From NCBI GenBank assembly GCA_031413115.1, contig JANOEH010000047.1, positions 703 to 64,702 of the forward strand: 64,000 nucleotides of DNA. The letters are read 5' to 3'. The notes below the pieces were generated by a model. That model was given only the letters and a program-made list of their open reading frames with translations. It ran no database searches and was not told where the DNA came from. The translations under genes were made by a program, and so were the position numbers. The DNA comes from Candidatus Eiseniibacteriota bacterium. GTDB lineage: Bacteria; Eisenbacteria; RBG-16-71-46; DASYSL01. Positions 20,096 through 28,202 of this stretch are shown piece after piece; position 1 is the first letter of the stretch; each line of letters begins with the position of its first letter.

Positions 20096-21802
20096 ATGAC
20101 GCCTCGATCGACCCATCGTACCCGTCCCCGGTTCACCTGGCCCGCACCGGCGCCACGAACCGCCTTCACGCTTCTGGCCTTCGTCGTGGCGGCCCTCGCG
20201 TTTCTAGCCATGTCGTGGCTTGGAACAATGCCTTCGGCCGCTCACGCGGCCGTGCTGGTCTCCGCCATCCCCGGTGCCCACTACGCCGGGAACGCCGCCG
20301 CGCAGGTCGAGATCACCCGCGCGCGCAGCCGCCTGCGGCTCAACAACCTGCCCGGGGCGATCGAGGCCGCCGAGGCGGCCGTGGGAAAGGATTCACTCTC
20401 GGCCGAGGCGTGGGACCTGCGCGGCACGCTCCAGTTGCGCAGCGAGAATCACCGAGGCGCACACCAGTCGTTCCGCCGTGCGGCCGTGCTGGCCCCCGAC
20501 CAGGCGGTGCTATGGAACCGGCTCGCTCAGGTGTCAATCCTTCACCTCGGCTACGAGGAAGAGGCGCTGCAGGCGATCGACTACACGCTCGCGGCCGACT
20601 CGCTGTACGCGACCGCGTGGTACACGACCGCGCTCTATCGCTGGACGCGAGCCGAACTCGACGCCGCAGAGCGAGCCATCCTGCGCGCGCGCAGCCTGGA
20701 GACGGACGAGAGCCGCTCGGTGGTCTGGTACTCGACGTGGGTCGGGCTGAACCTCGCCCGCGGGCGCTACGCCGAAGCTGCGAGCGCGCTGTCGGTGCAC
20801 CTGTACTCGGCGCCCGGGGACCTCTCGGCACGACAGCACTACGCCCACGCGTTGCGTGGCCTCGGCCGGCAGGACCAGGCGAAGGCGCAGTTCGGACTCC
20901 TGCTCGAGACGGCCGGGCGGCAGCCGGTATGGCTCGTCGAGTCGGGCCTCGTCCTGCGGGCCGAGGGCAAGCGCGACTCGGCGCGCATGGTGTTCGCGCG
21001 GGCGGTGAACGTGGACTCGGCGTCGTTCGACGCCGGCTACAACCTGGCGCTCGAGAGCGCGGCGCTCGGGGACACGGCCGGCGCATGGCGCGAACTGCGG
21101 CGCTTGCGCGGCATCGACGTGGGCAACTTCCTCGTCCCGCTCTTCGCCAGCCGGCTGGCCCGCGCCGCCGGGGACTCCGCGCGCGCGCGGCTCGCCTTCG
21201 ACGAGGCGCGTCGCCTGCATCCGGCGCTCGGCCTGGCCACCGCCGCCGAGGCCGGCGCCTCGGCGCCCATCCCGGGCTGGGCGTCTCCCGACCTCGCCGA
21301 AGGTGAACGCCTGATGGAGGCTGGCGAGTTCACGCTGGCCGGTGATCGCTTCACCATGGCGGCGGAAGATCCGGTGCGGCGTGCCGCAGCGCTCTACTGG
21401 TTGACGCGCGCGGCGCGCATGACCGGCGCGGCCCGCGGCCTGCCCGTGATCTCGGCCCAGGCCGGCGCCGAGGCGTCGCGCGGCGACCCGGTGCTGTTGC
21501 GCGTGCTCGCCGAGGCGCAGTGGGGGGCCGGTGACGCCGCTCGCGCCGCTCCGAACCTGCGCACCGTGCGCCGCGTGGCGCCCACCGACGTCGTCGCCGC
21601 CGCGCTCCTGTCCGACGTGCTGCTGGGCTCGGGCGAGCCCGCTGCAGCTCGCGCCGTGTGGAACGAGGTCGCGCAGGAGCCGACGCGTTCGTTACGCATC
21701 GAGTCGGCGCGCGCCGCCGCCTTCGTCGCCACCAACGACGCCGGAGCGGCGATCGCCCGACAGCGCGCCGCTGCCGTCGACTACCTGGCCCCCGGCCACT
21801 GA
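20096..21802 (+). CDS. Membrane-anchored TPR-repeat protein
   Basis: N-terminal TM/signal FTLLAFVVAALAFLAMSWLG followed by multiple TPR-like helical repeats. Start at ATG 20096. Confidence 0.7.
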   Translation: MTPRSTHRTRPRFTWPAPAPRTAFTLLAFVVAALAFLAMSWLGTMPSAAHAAVLVSAIPGAHYAGNAAAQVEITRARSRLRLNNLPGAIEAAEAAVGKDSLSAEAWDLRGTLQLRSENHRGAHQSFRRAAVLAPDQAVLWNRLAQVSILHLGYEEEALQAIDYTLAADSLYATAWYTTALYRWTRAELDAAERAILRARSLETDESRSVVWYSTWVGLNLARGRYAEAASALSVHLYSAPGDLSARQHYAHALRGLGRQDQAKAQFGLLLETAGRQPVWLVESGLVLRAEGKRDSARMVFARAVNVDSASFDAGYNLALESAALGDTAGAWRELRRLRGIDVGNFLVPLFASRLARAAGDSARARLAFDEARRLHPALGLATAAEAGASAPIPGWASPDLAEGERLMEAGEFTLAGDRFTMAAEDPVRRAAALYWLTRAARMTGAARGLPVISAQAGAEASRGDPVLLRVLAEAQWGAGDAARAAPNLRTVRRVAPTDVVAAALLSDVLLGSGEPAAARAVWNEVAQEPTRSLRIESARAAAFVATNDAGAAIARQRAAAVDYLAPGH

Positions 21803-21813
21803 CGTCCCCCGCG

Positions 21814-22701
21814 ATGAACCTCGTGTGGACGTCGCTCCTCGGGACCGTGAAAGGCATCTTCGAGGACGATTGCCACGGCATTGCCACGCAGATCGCCTAC
21901 CACTGGATCTACGCGCTGTTTCCCGGGCTGTTCGTCATGGTCGCGCTGGTGACCGCTGTCGGCGCCAACCCGAACTCGCTGTCCGTGCTCGGCATGCTGG
22001 TCGAGCGCGCCACGCCCGGCGAGACGCGCTCGTTGGTCGAGGCCACGCTGGTGGCCATGCGCGAGGCGATCGCGCATGGCACGGCCCCGGTGCTGGGGCT
22101 GGGCCTCGTGGGAGTTCTCTGGGTGGCATCGAACGGTTTCGATGTGATCATGGGCGGCCTCAACCGGGCGTATCGCGTGACCGAGTTCCGTCCCTTCTGG
22201 TATCGCCGGCTGCTCGCCATCGTGCTCGTCGTGGCCGTGGGCTTCGGCCTGATCACCGCGTTCGAGATCCTGCTCGTCGGCTCGCAGCTGGTGAAGACGT
22301 GGATCGCCACGTGGCCCGAGCCGCCGCAGCTCTCGGGCCTGTACGGCTGGGCGCGCTGGCCGGCCTATTTCCTCCTCGCCGCCATCGTCGGCTACGCCCT
22401 GTACGCAGTCGCCCCGGCGCTGCCACGCGTCGACTGGCGCTGGACCGCGCCGGGGGCGGTGATGTTCGGCCTGGCCTGGGTGGCGATCGGCTACGGGTTC
22501 GATCGCTACCTGTCGCTCTACGGCAAGATCGACAAGCTGTACGGCATCCTCGGCGCCTTCCTCGTGCTCATGACCTGGCTCTACCTGACCGCCTTCGCGT
22601 TCATGGTCGGCGGCGAGCTGAATGGCCAGATTCGATGGCGCTTTCTCGAGCGAATCAGCCCGCGGCCTGCCGACCTGAGATCGTCATCTCCGCGATCTTG
22701 A
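21814..22701 (+). CDS. YihY/BrkB-family inner-membrane protein
   Basis: Six predicted TM helices. YihY hallmark LFPGLFVM...GFDVIMGGLNRAY...GGELN. ATG 21814; upstream track ORF part is Arg-rich junk. Confidence 0.85.
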   Translation: MNLVWTSLLGTVKGIFEDDCHGIATQIAYHWIYALFPGLFVMVALVTAVGANPNSLSVLGMLVERATPGETRSLVEATLVAMREAIAHGTAPVLGLGLVGVLWVASNGFDVIMGGLNRAYRVTEFRPFWYRRLLAIVLVVAVGFGLITAFEILLVGSQLVKTWIATWPEPPQLSGLYGWARWPAYFLLAAIVGYALYAVAPALPRVDWRWTAPGAVMFGLAWVAIGYGFDRYLSLYGKIDKLYGILGAFLVLMTWLYLTAFAFMVGGELNGQIRWRFLERISPRPADLRSSSPRS

Positions 22702-24034
22702 GCGTCGGCGAGTTCACGTTGCCGTTGTACTTGAGGTCGTTGCCGACCATCACCACGCTCTTCAGCATGTCGAGCGTGGTGCTCGCCACCGTGATCTCGG
22801 CGACCGGGAAGGCAACCTTGCCCTTCTCGATCCAGAAGCCCGCGGCCTGGTACGAGTAGGCGCCGGTTGTCTGGTTGTAGCCGAACGCGCCGGAGTCCAC
22901 CATCCAGAATCCGTGGTCGACCGAGGCGAAGATCTGCTCGACCGTGGAGGCGCCGTTGGGGATGTACAGGTTGCGCGGACCGATGCCCGGCGCGTTCTGG
23001 TAGCCGCGCACGGCGTTGCCCGTCGACTTCGCGCCGGCCCGGCGGCCCCAGTACGCGTTGTAGGCGAACATCTTCATCACGCCCTTGTCGATGAGCAGGT
23101 TCTTCCGCGTCGCGCCGCCCTCGCCGTCGAACGGCGCGGTGCCCGTGCCGCCCGGCAGGATGCCGTCGTCGATGAGCGTGACCAGGTCCGACGCGATCGG
23201 CTTGCCCATCATCTCGGTCAGGTACGACACCTTCTTGAACGCCTGCTCGCCCGAGAACGCGTTGAACAGGTTCTGGATCCAGTTGCCCGCGATGTCGGGG
23301 TGGAGGATGACGGGCACCTTCTGCGTCGGCACGCCGCGCGCGCCGATCTTGTCGATCGCGCGCTTGCCGGCCTCCTTGCCGATCGCCTCGGGCGTGCTCA
23401 GCGCGTCGAGGTGCGACTGGAACTCGCCGTAGCCGCCCGATTGCTGCTTGTCTCCATCGTCGGCGAGCGGATTGATGAAGCCGCCGATCCCCGTGTTGCG
23501 GTAGGTCAGGCTCTTCCCGGCCGAGCTCGCGTACCAGGTCTCGCCGATGCCGCTCTGCAGCGAGCAGCCGTCGGTGCGCTTGATGCGCGGGTCGTAGGCC
23601 AGCGCGGCCTTCTCGACGCCGCGCGCCCAGTCGATTTTCTGCTCGGCGGTGAGCGCCGCGACCGCGGGATCGTAGGTCTTGAGCCCGGCCGCGTCGGCCG
23701 CCATCGCCGGCGGCGTCGACGGAAGGCCCGCCGCCTCGTCGGCCTGCGCCTTCTTCGCCAGCTCGACGGCGCGCGTGGCGATGTCCTTGAGCGCGCTCTC
23801 GCGGAAGTCGCTGGTGTAGACCAGCGCGGTGCGCTTGTCGACGAACACGCGCAGGCCCAGGCCGCGGGTCTGCGCCTGCTTCAGGTTCTCGACTTCGCCC
23901 TGCAGCACGTCGACCCGGAACTGCGCGCCGGATTCGACCAGGGTGTCGGCCTCCTTCGCGCCCGCCTTGAGGGCGAAGCCGACGGCGGACTCCGCCGCCT
24001 TCTGGAGCGTCAGGTTCGTGTCGGCGCTAGGCAC
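22655..24034 (-). CDS. pmbA: PmbA/TldE metalloprotease-modulator family protein (GTG start, no signal peptide)
   Basis: TldD/PmbA-family fold. Ends ...MTISGRQAAG. Start overlaps the tldD end by 8 nt. Confidence 0.9.
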   Translation of the reverse strand: MPSADTNLTLQKAAESAVGFALKAGAKEADTLVESGAQFRVDVLQGEVENLKQAQTRGLGLRVFVDKRTALVYTSDFRESALKDIATRAVELAKKAQADEAAGLPSTPPAMAADAAGLKTYDPAVAALTAEQKIDWARGVEKAALAYDPRIKRTDGCSLQSGIGETWYASSAGKSLTYRNTGIGGFINPLADDGDKQQSGGYGEFQSHLDALSTPEAIGKEAGKRAIDKIGARGVPTQKVPVILHPDIAGNWIQNLFNAFSGEQAFKKVSYLTEMMGKPIASDLVTLIDDGILPGGTGTAPFDGEGGATRKNLLIDKGVMKMFAYNAYWGRRAGAKSTGNAVRGYQNAPGIGPRNLYIPNGASTVEQIFASVDHGFWMVDSGAFGYNQTTGAYSYQAAGFWIEKGKVAFPVAEITVASTTLDMLKSVVMVGNDLKYNGNVNSPTLKIAEMTISGRQAAG

Positions 24035-25610
24035 GGGTGCCTCCCACGGTCATCTCGGAGAACAGGACGGTGGGCTGTCCCACGCCGACGGGCTTGAACT
24101 GCCCGTCCTTGCCGCAGGAGCCCGTCTTCGTGTCGATCGACAGGTTGTCGCCCAGGCCCTCGACGCGCAGCATCGCGTCGGCGGCGTTGCCGGTGAGCGT
24201 CGCGCCCTTGACCGCCGACGTGATCTTCCCGTCCTCGATCAGGTACGCCTCGGAGACGACGAAGCTGAACATGCCGTCGGCCGGGTTGACTGATCCGCCG
24301 CCCAGGTTCTTGCAATAGAGGCCGTTCTTGACCGAGGCGATCAGGTCGGCGGGCTTCGATGTCCCGCCCGCGATGTACGTGTTGGTCATGCGCGGGATGG
24401 GGAAGTCCCGGTAGCTGTTGCGTCGCCCGTTGCCCGTGCTCGTGTTGCCGGTCAGGTCGGCGTTGAGGCGATCCCACAGGTAGCCCTTGAGGACACCCTT
24501 CTCGACCACGTGCGACTTCTGCGACGGCGTGCCCTCGTCGTCCACCTTGAACGAGCCGCGCGCGTTGGGCACGGTCGAGTCGTCGTAGATGTCGACGATG
24601 TCCGAGCATACCTTCTGGTTGAGCTGCTTCTCGCGGATCGACGTCTTCTTGCGGATGCCGTCACCCTCGAGCGAGTGGCCGAAACACTCGTGCACCAGCA
24701 CGCCGCCCCAGCCGTGGTTGATGACGACCGGGTAGCTGCCCGCCTTCGCGTCGACCGCGGTCAGCAGCGCGATCGCTGTGTCGGCCGCCTCGTGCGCGGT
24801 CTCCTCGGGCGTGCGCACCTTTTCGAAGTAGTCGACCTCGACCGCGCCTCCGGCCATGGCGATGCCGCCCTGGCGATTCGCCCCGTCGATCGCCGTGGGC
24901 ACCACTGCGAGGCGCGAGATGAACTGGCGATCCTCGGCCCATACGCCGTCGGAGTTGGCGACCAGGATCGCCTTCGACGTGTCGGCCATGATGACCTGCA
25001 CCTGCTTGATGCGCGGGTCGCGCGCGCGCGCCGCCTCGTTGCCGCGACGACACAGGTCGATCTTCTCGCCTTCGCTCGCGGTCAGCGGCGCGGGGCGGAC
25101 CAGCGCGAACGGCGCCTTCGCCTTCGTCGCCGCGAACGCCTTCGGCGCGCCCGCGGTCTTGCCCGTGGCGATGGCGGCCGCGACGCGCGCGGCTTCGCGC
25201 AGGCCTTCCATGCCGAACTCGTCGGCGTAGGCGTAGCCGACGGCGTCGCCGTCGATGACGCGCACACCCACGCCCGAGAGCACGCCGTACTGCGCCTGGC
25301 GCAGTTCGTTCTCGTCGAGCACGAAGTTGGTGTTGATCGTGTACTCGCCGTAGATCTCGGCGAATGGGGCGCCCTTCGACAGCGCCAGCTTGAGCAGTTC
25401 GGCGACCTGGTCCGGGGACAGGAACCGCGTCACCGGCGGCAACTCGGCCTGGGCGGCCTGGGCGAGCACCGGCGCCCAGGTGTCGAGCGCGAGGCGGGAC
25501 ACCGCAACCCCCGCGCCGACCGCCAGGCTGCCGCGCATGAAGTCGCGGCGGGAGATCGAACAGGCCCCGAGGGCGGGCCAGCGATGTTGGAACGAACCGT
25601 GAACGTGCAT
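24027..25610 (-). CDS. tldD: TldD metalloprotease with N-terminal twin-arginine (Tat) signal peptide
   Basis: HECFGHSLEGD (HExxxH) and GQPTVLFSEMTVGG C-terminus match TldD. N-terminus MHVHGSFQHRWPALGACSISRRDFMRGSLAVGAGVAVSRLA carries an SRRxFhR Tat motif. Start at ATG 25610. Confidence 0.9.
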   Translation of the reverse strand: MHVHGSFQHRWPALGACSISRRDFMRGSLAVGAGVAVSRLALDTWAPVLAQAAQAELPPVTRFLSPDQVAELLKLALSKGAPFAEIYGEYTINTNFVLDENELRQAQYGVLSGVGVRVIDGDAVGYAYADEFGMEGLREAARVAAAIATGKTAGAPKAFAATKAKAPFALVRPAPLTASEGEKIDLCRRGNEAARARDPRIKQVQVIMADTSKAILVANSDGVWAEDRQFISRLAVVPTAIDGANRQGGIAMAGGAVEVDYFEKVRTPEETAHEAADTAIALLTAVDAKAGSYPVVINHGWGGVLVHECFGHSLEGDGIRKKTSIREKQLNQKVCSDIVDIYDDSTVPNARGSFKVDDEGTPSQKSHVVEKGVLKGYLWDRLNADLTGNTSTGNGRRNSYRDFPIPRMTNTYIAGGTSKPADLIASVKNGLYCKNLGGGSVNPADGMFSFVVSEAYLIEDGKITSAVKGATLTGNAADAMLRVEGLGDNLSIDTKTGSCGKDGQFKPVGVGQPTVLFSEMTVGGTRA

Positions 25611-25786
25611 GAGCGCTCCATGGCGGCGTGTGGCGCCGGGGTGGATCGACGTGGAACGGAGCGGCGGGGAGAGCCCGCTGTCGCGCCAAGAAACGTCGCA
25701 CCATGCGCTTGTCGGCGCAAGCCCGACGCGTGGGGTGCCCGTCAGGGATGCGTCAAGGACCGGTCTGGCGGCGCCGGGGCCGCCGG

Positions 25787-25815
25787 CCTTGAGCGCCCCC
25801 GTGGCCTCGGCTAGA
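25787..25815 (+). promoter_or_regulatory. Candidate sigma-70 promoter for arginase
   Basis: TTGAGC - 17 nt - TAGACT, about 58 nt upstream of ATG 25873. Confidence 0.3.
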
Positions 25816-25872
25816 CTGCGAGGGACCGGCGGCTCGCATCCGTCCCCCTTCTCTCCGTCCGAGGTTTTTCCC

Positions 25873-26814
25873 ATGGCGACGACTTCCCCTCCTCCCGGGC
25901 TCACCCAGAAGCGAGTTCGCCTCATCGGCGCACCGATGGACCTGGGCGCCGGCCGCCGCGGCGTCGACATGGGGCCGTCGGCCCTGCGCGTCGCGGGGCT
26001 CGGATCGCGCCTGCGCGAACTCGGCATCGCCGTCGAGGACTTCGGCGACGTGCGGGTCAAGCACCCCGAACAGCAGGAGCCGGGCGACTCGAAGCTCAAG
26101 TACAAGGGCCCGATCCTCGACACCTGCACCGAGCTGGCGATCGCCGTCGAGCAAGCGCTCGACGACGGCTGCGTGCCTGCGGTCCTGGGCGGCGACCACT
26201 CGGTCGCGATCGGCTCGACCGCCGGCCTGGGCTCGCACCTGCGCAAGAAGAACCAGCGCATGGGCCTCATCTGGTTCGACGCCCACGGGGACATGAATAC
26301 GCCGGAGACGTCCCCCTCGGGGAACATCCACGGCATGGCGCTGGCAATCGCCCTGGGGCTCGGCGATGCCGACCTCACCGGCATCGGCGGCTTCCGTCCC
26401 AAGGTCGATCCGTCGAACGCCGTGCTGGTCGGCCCGCGCTCGATCGACGACGCCGAGCGCCGGATCATCCAGCAAGCGGGCGTTCAGGTGTTCACCATGC
26501 GCGAGATCGACGAGCGGGGTATGCGCGCGGTGATGGAGGACGCGATGAAGGTCGCGCTGAACGGCGCAGCCGGGCTGCACGTCTCCTTCGACATGGACTG
26601 CATCGATCCGTCGTTCGCGCCCGGGACGGGCACGACGGTGCCGGGCGGGATCACCTACCGCGAGGCGCACCTGGCGATGGAGATGGTCGCCGACTCGCAG
26701 ACGCTGATGGCAATCGACCTGATGGAAGTGAACCCGGTGCTCGACGAGCACAACCAGACCGCGACGCTGGCCGTCGAGCTGTTTCTCTCGGCGATGGGCA
26801 AGCGCATCATGTAG
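25873..26814 (+). CDS. rocF: Arginase
   Basis: [25 protein letters not shown] (compare Bacillus arginase [24 protein letters not shown]), GGDHS, [9 protein letters not shown] and SFDMDCIDP binuclear-Mn motifs. Confidence 0.9.
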   Translation: [313 protein letters not shown]

Positions 26815-27002
26815 TCGTCGTCCTTCGCCGCCGGAGTCCCTTGGCCACCGCGCCGATCGTCGATGCTCCGACGGTCGGCGTCGTTGCATCGACGGTGGCG
26901 CCGGCCCGCCCGCAGCGCGGTCGGGCGTGCCCACCCCGGAAGTTGCGGCGTTTGGCCGGGTTCACGCCGGGTCGGGTCCGGCCGCAGCCCGGCCCCTCCG
27001 GC

Positions 27003-27017
27003 GGCACGGCGCTTGCT
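27003..27017 (+). promoter_or_regulatory. Sigma-54 (RpoN) -24/-12 promoter
   Basis: cGGCACG-gcgc-TTGCt matches TGGCACG-N4-TTGCW (GG-N10-GC exact spacing). It sits 46 nt upstream of the first small-protein ATG (27064) in the 250-bp gap after rocF. A GAF-sigma-54 activator is encoded 1.2 kb away. Confidence 0.55.
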
Positions 27018-27063
27018 GTTCGACGGGCACAGCCCCCGCTGGTCCGCCCCTGCGGAGAGCGCG

Positions 27064-27384
27064 ATGCATCTTCTCGCTCGCTTCGTCATCGCGACGTCCG
27101 TCGTGTTCGTCCTGCTCGGTTTCTGTTCCGCACCCGCCCGCGCCCAGGCCATCCCGGTGTGGCTGCCGGGGCTTTCCGTCAAGTTCATCGTGCGCACCAT
27201 GGAGCTCGGGGACCTGCTGAATGAGGCGATCGCCGATCGTCTCCGTCGCCGCCCGCTGTTCTACCCGCAGCCCGTCCTGCCGTCGCCGCCGGTGATCCTT
27301 CCCGTGATCGATCCCGCGACCGAGCCGGCTCCACTCCGCGCACCCGGTTCGCATCCGTCGCTGGAAGCGGTGCTCGTCCCGTGA
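27064..27384 (+). CDS. Small secreted protein P1 (signal peptide + amphipathic region + Pro-rich tail), paralog family member
   Basis: MHLLARFVIATSVVFVLLGFCSAPARAQA signal. ...VKFIVRTMELGDLLNEAIADRL...PQPVLPSPPVILPVIDPATEPAP. RBS ggagag. Confidence 0.55.
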   Translation: MHLLARFVIATSVVFVLLGFCSAPARAQAIPVWLPGLSVKFIVRTMELGDLLNEAIADRLRRRPLFYPQPVLPSPPVILPVIDPATEPAPLRAPGSHPSLEAVLVP

Positions 27385-27839
27385 TCGCGCGCCTTCCGGC
27401 AGCGGCCGCGCTGCTCGCCGCGCTGGCTCTCCTCCTCGCATCGTCGGCGTCCGCCGGTCCGCTGCGGAAGGCGCTGCGCTTCGCCATCCGGCACGCCACC
27501 CGCTGCGTCGAGGCCCGCCGGACGATCGAAACCGTGCGCGAGTGGAAGGACCGCTTGCGCGCTTCGATGCCCGCTCCCGTGCGCCCCCCGAACTCCGCCC
27601 CCGGGGACCAGGCCGATGAACTTCCCCACCCTGCGACGCTTCCGCCCGTGCGCCCTCGCTCTCGGGTTGCTCGTCGCTCTCGCCCAGCCCATCCTCGTCA
27701 CCACTCCGGTTCACGCGGCGACCGCACCGACGGTCACCGACGGGGGCGTTGTCAAGGCGCTGCGCGTCGCCTGGGGCCGCTACGGCCCGATCATCATCAC
27801 GCTGGCCTGGGACGTCGTGACGGACCTGTTCGCGGGTGA
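27381..27839 (+). CDS. Small secreted protein P2 (paralog). GTG start overlapping the P1 stop (GTGA). True 3' end uncertain: the frame stays open into P3 and may end earlier.
   Basis: MIARLPAAAALLAALALLLASSASAGP signal. LRKALRFAIRHATRCVEARRTIETVREWKDRL. Pro-rich MPAPVRPPNSAPGD. The later Arg/His-rich part looks non-coding. Confidence 0.35.
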   Translation: MIARLPAAAALLAALALLLASSASAGPLRKALRFAIRHATRCVEARRTIETVREWKDRLRASMPAPVRPPNSAPGDQADELPHPATLPPVRPRSRVARRSRPAHPRHHSGSRGDRTDGHRRGRCQGAARRLGPLRPDHHHAGLGRRDGPVRG

Positions 27840-27897
27840 CTCGCAGCCACCGCCGCCGACCGACCCGCCGCTGCCGGATCCGGACTTCGCGCCCTGA
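27616..27897 (+). CDS. Small secreted protein P3 (paralog)
   Basis: MNFPTLRRFRPCALALGLLVALAQPILVTTPVHA signal. VVKALRVAWGRYGPIIITLAWDVVTDLFAGDSQPPPPTDPPLPDP is clearly homologous to P4. Confidence 0.55.
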   Translation: MNFPTLRRFRPCALALGLLVALAQPILVTTPVHAATAPTVTDGGVVKALRVAWGRYGPIIITLAWDVVTDLFAGDSQPPPPTDPPLPDPDFAP

Positions 27898-27941
27898 CCC
27901 CCGCATGCGTCCCCTTCAATCGCCCCCGCGGGAGATCGACC

Positions 27942-28202
27942 ATGCTTCGTCCGTTTCGCCCGCTGCTGCTCGTGAGCACCCTGGTCCTCGCCGTTCCTGC
28001 GCTCGTTCCGGTCCGGGCCATGGCCGCGGCCAACCAACCGCAGGCCGACCTGGGCATTCCGCGGCCGGTCATGCGCTACCTCAAGGCCAACTGGCAGATG
28101 ATCTACATCGCGTTCGACGAGCTGATCGACGATCTCACCGGGTGCGACTGCCCGCCGCCGCCGCCCGTGCCGAATCCGGCTCTGTCCCCTGGGGTGGGCT
28201 AG
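27942..28202 (+). CDS. Small secreted protein P4 (paralog)
   Basis: MLRPFRPLLLVSTLVLAVPALVPVRA signal. VMRYLKANWQMIYIAFDELIDDLTGCDCPPPPPVPNP. RBS gggag. Stop shares a CTAG with the convergent activator stop. Confidence 0.55.
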   Translation: MLRPFRPLLLVSTLVLAVPALVPVRAMAAANQPQADLGIPRPVMRYLKANWQMIYIAFDELIDDLTGCDCPPPPPVPNPALSPGVG

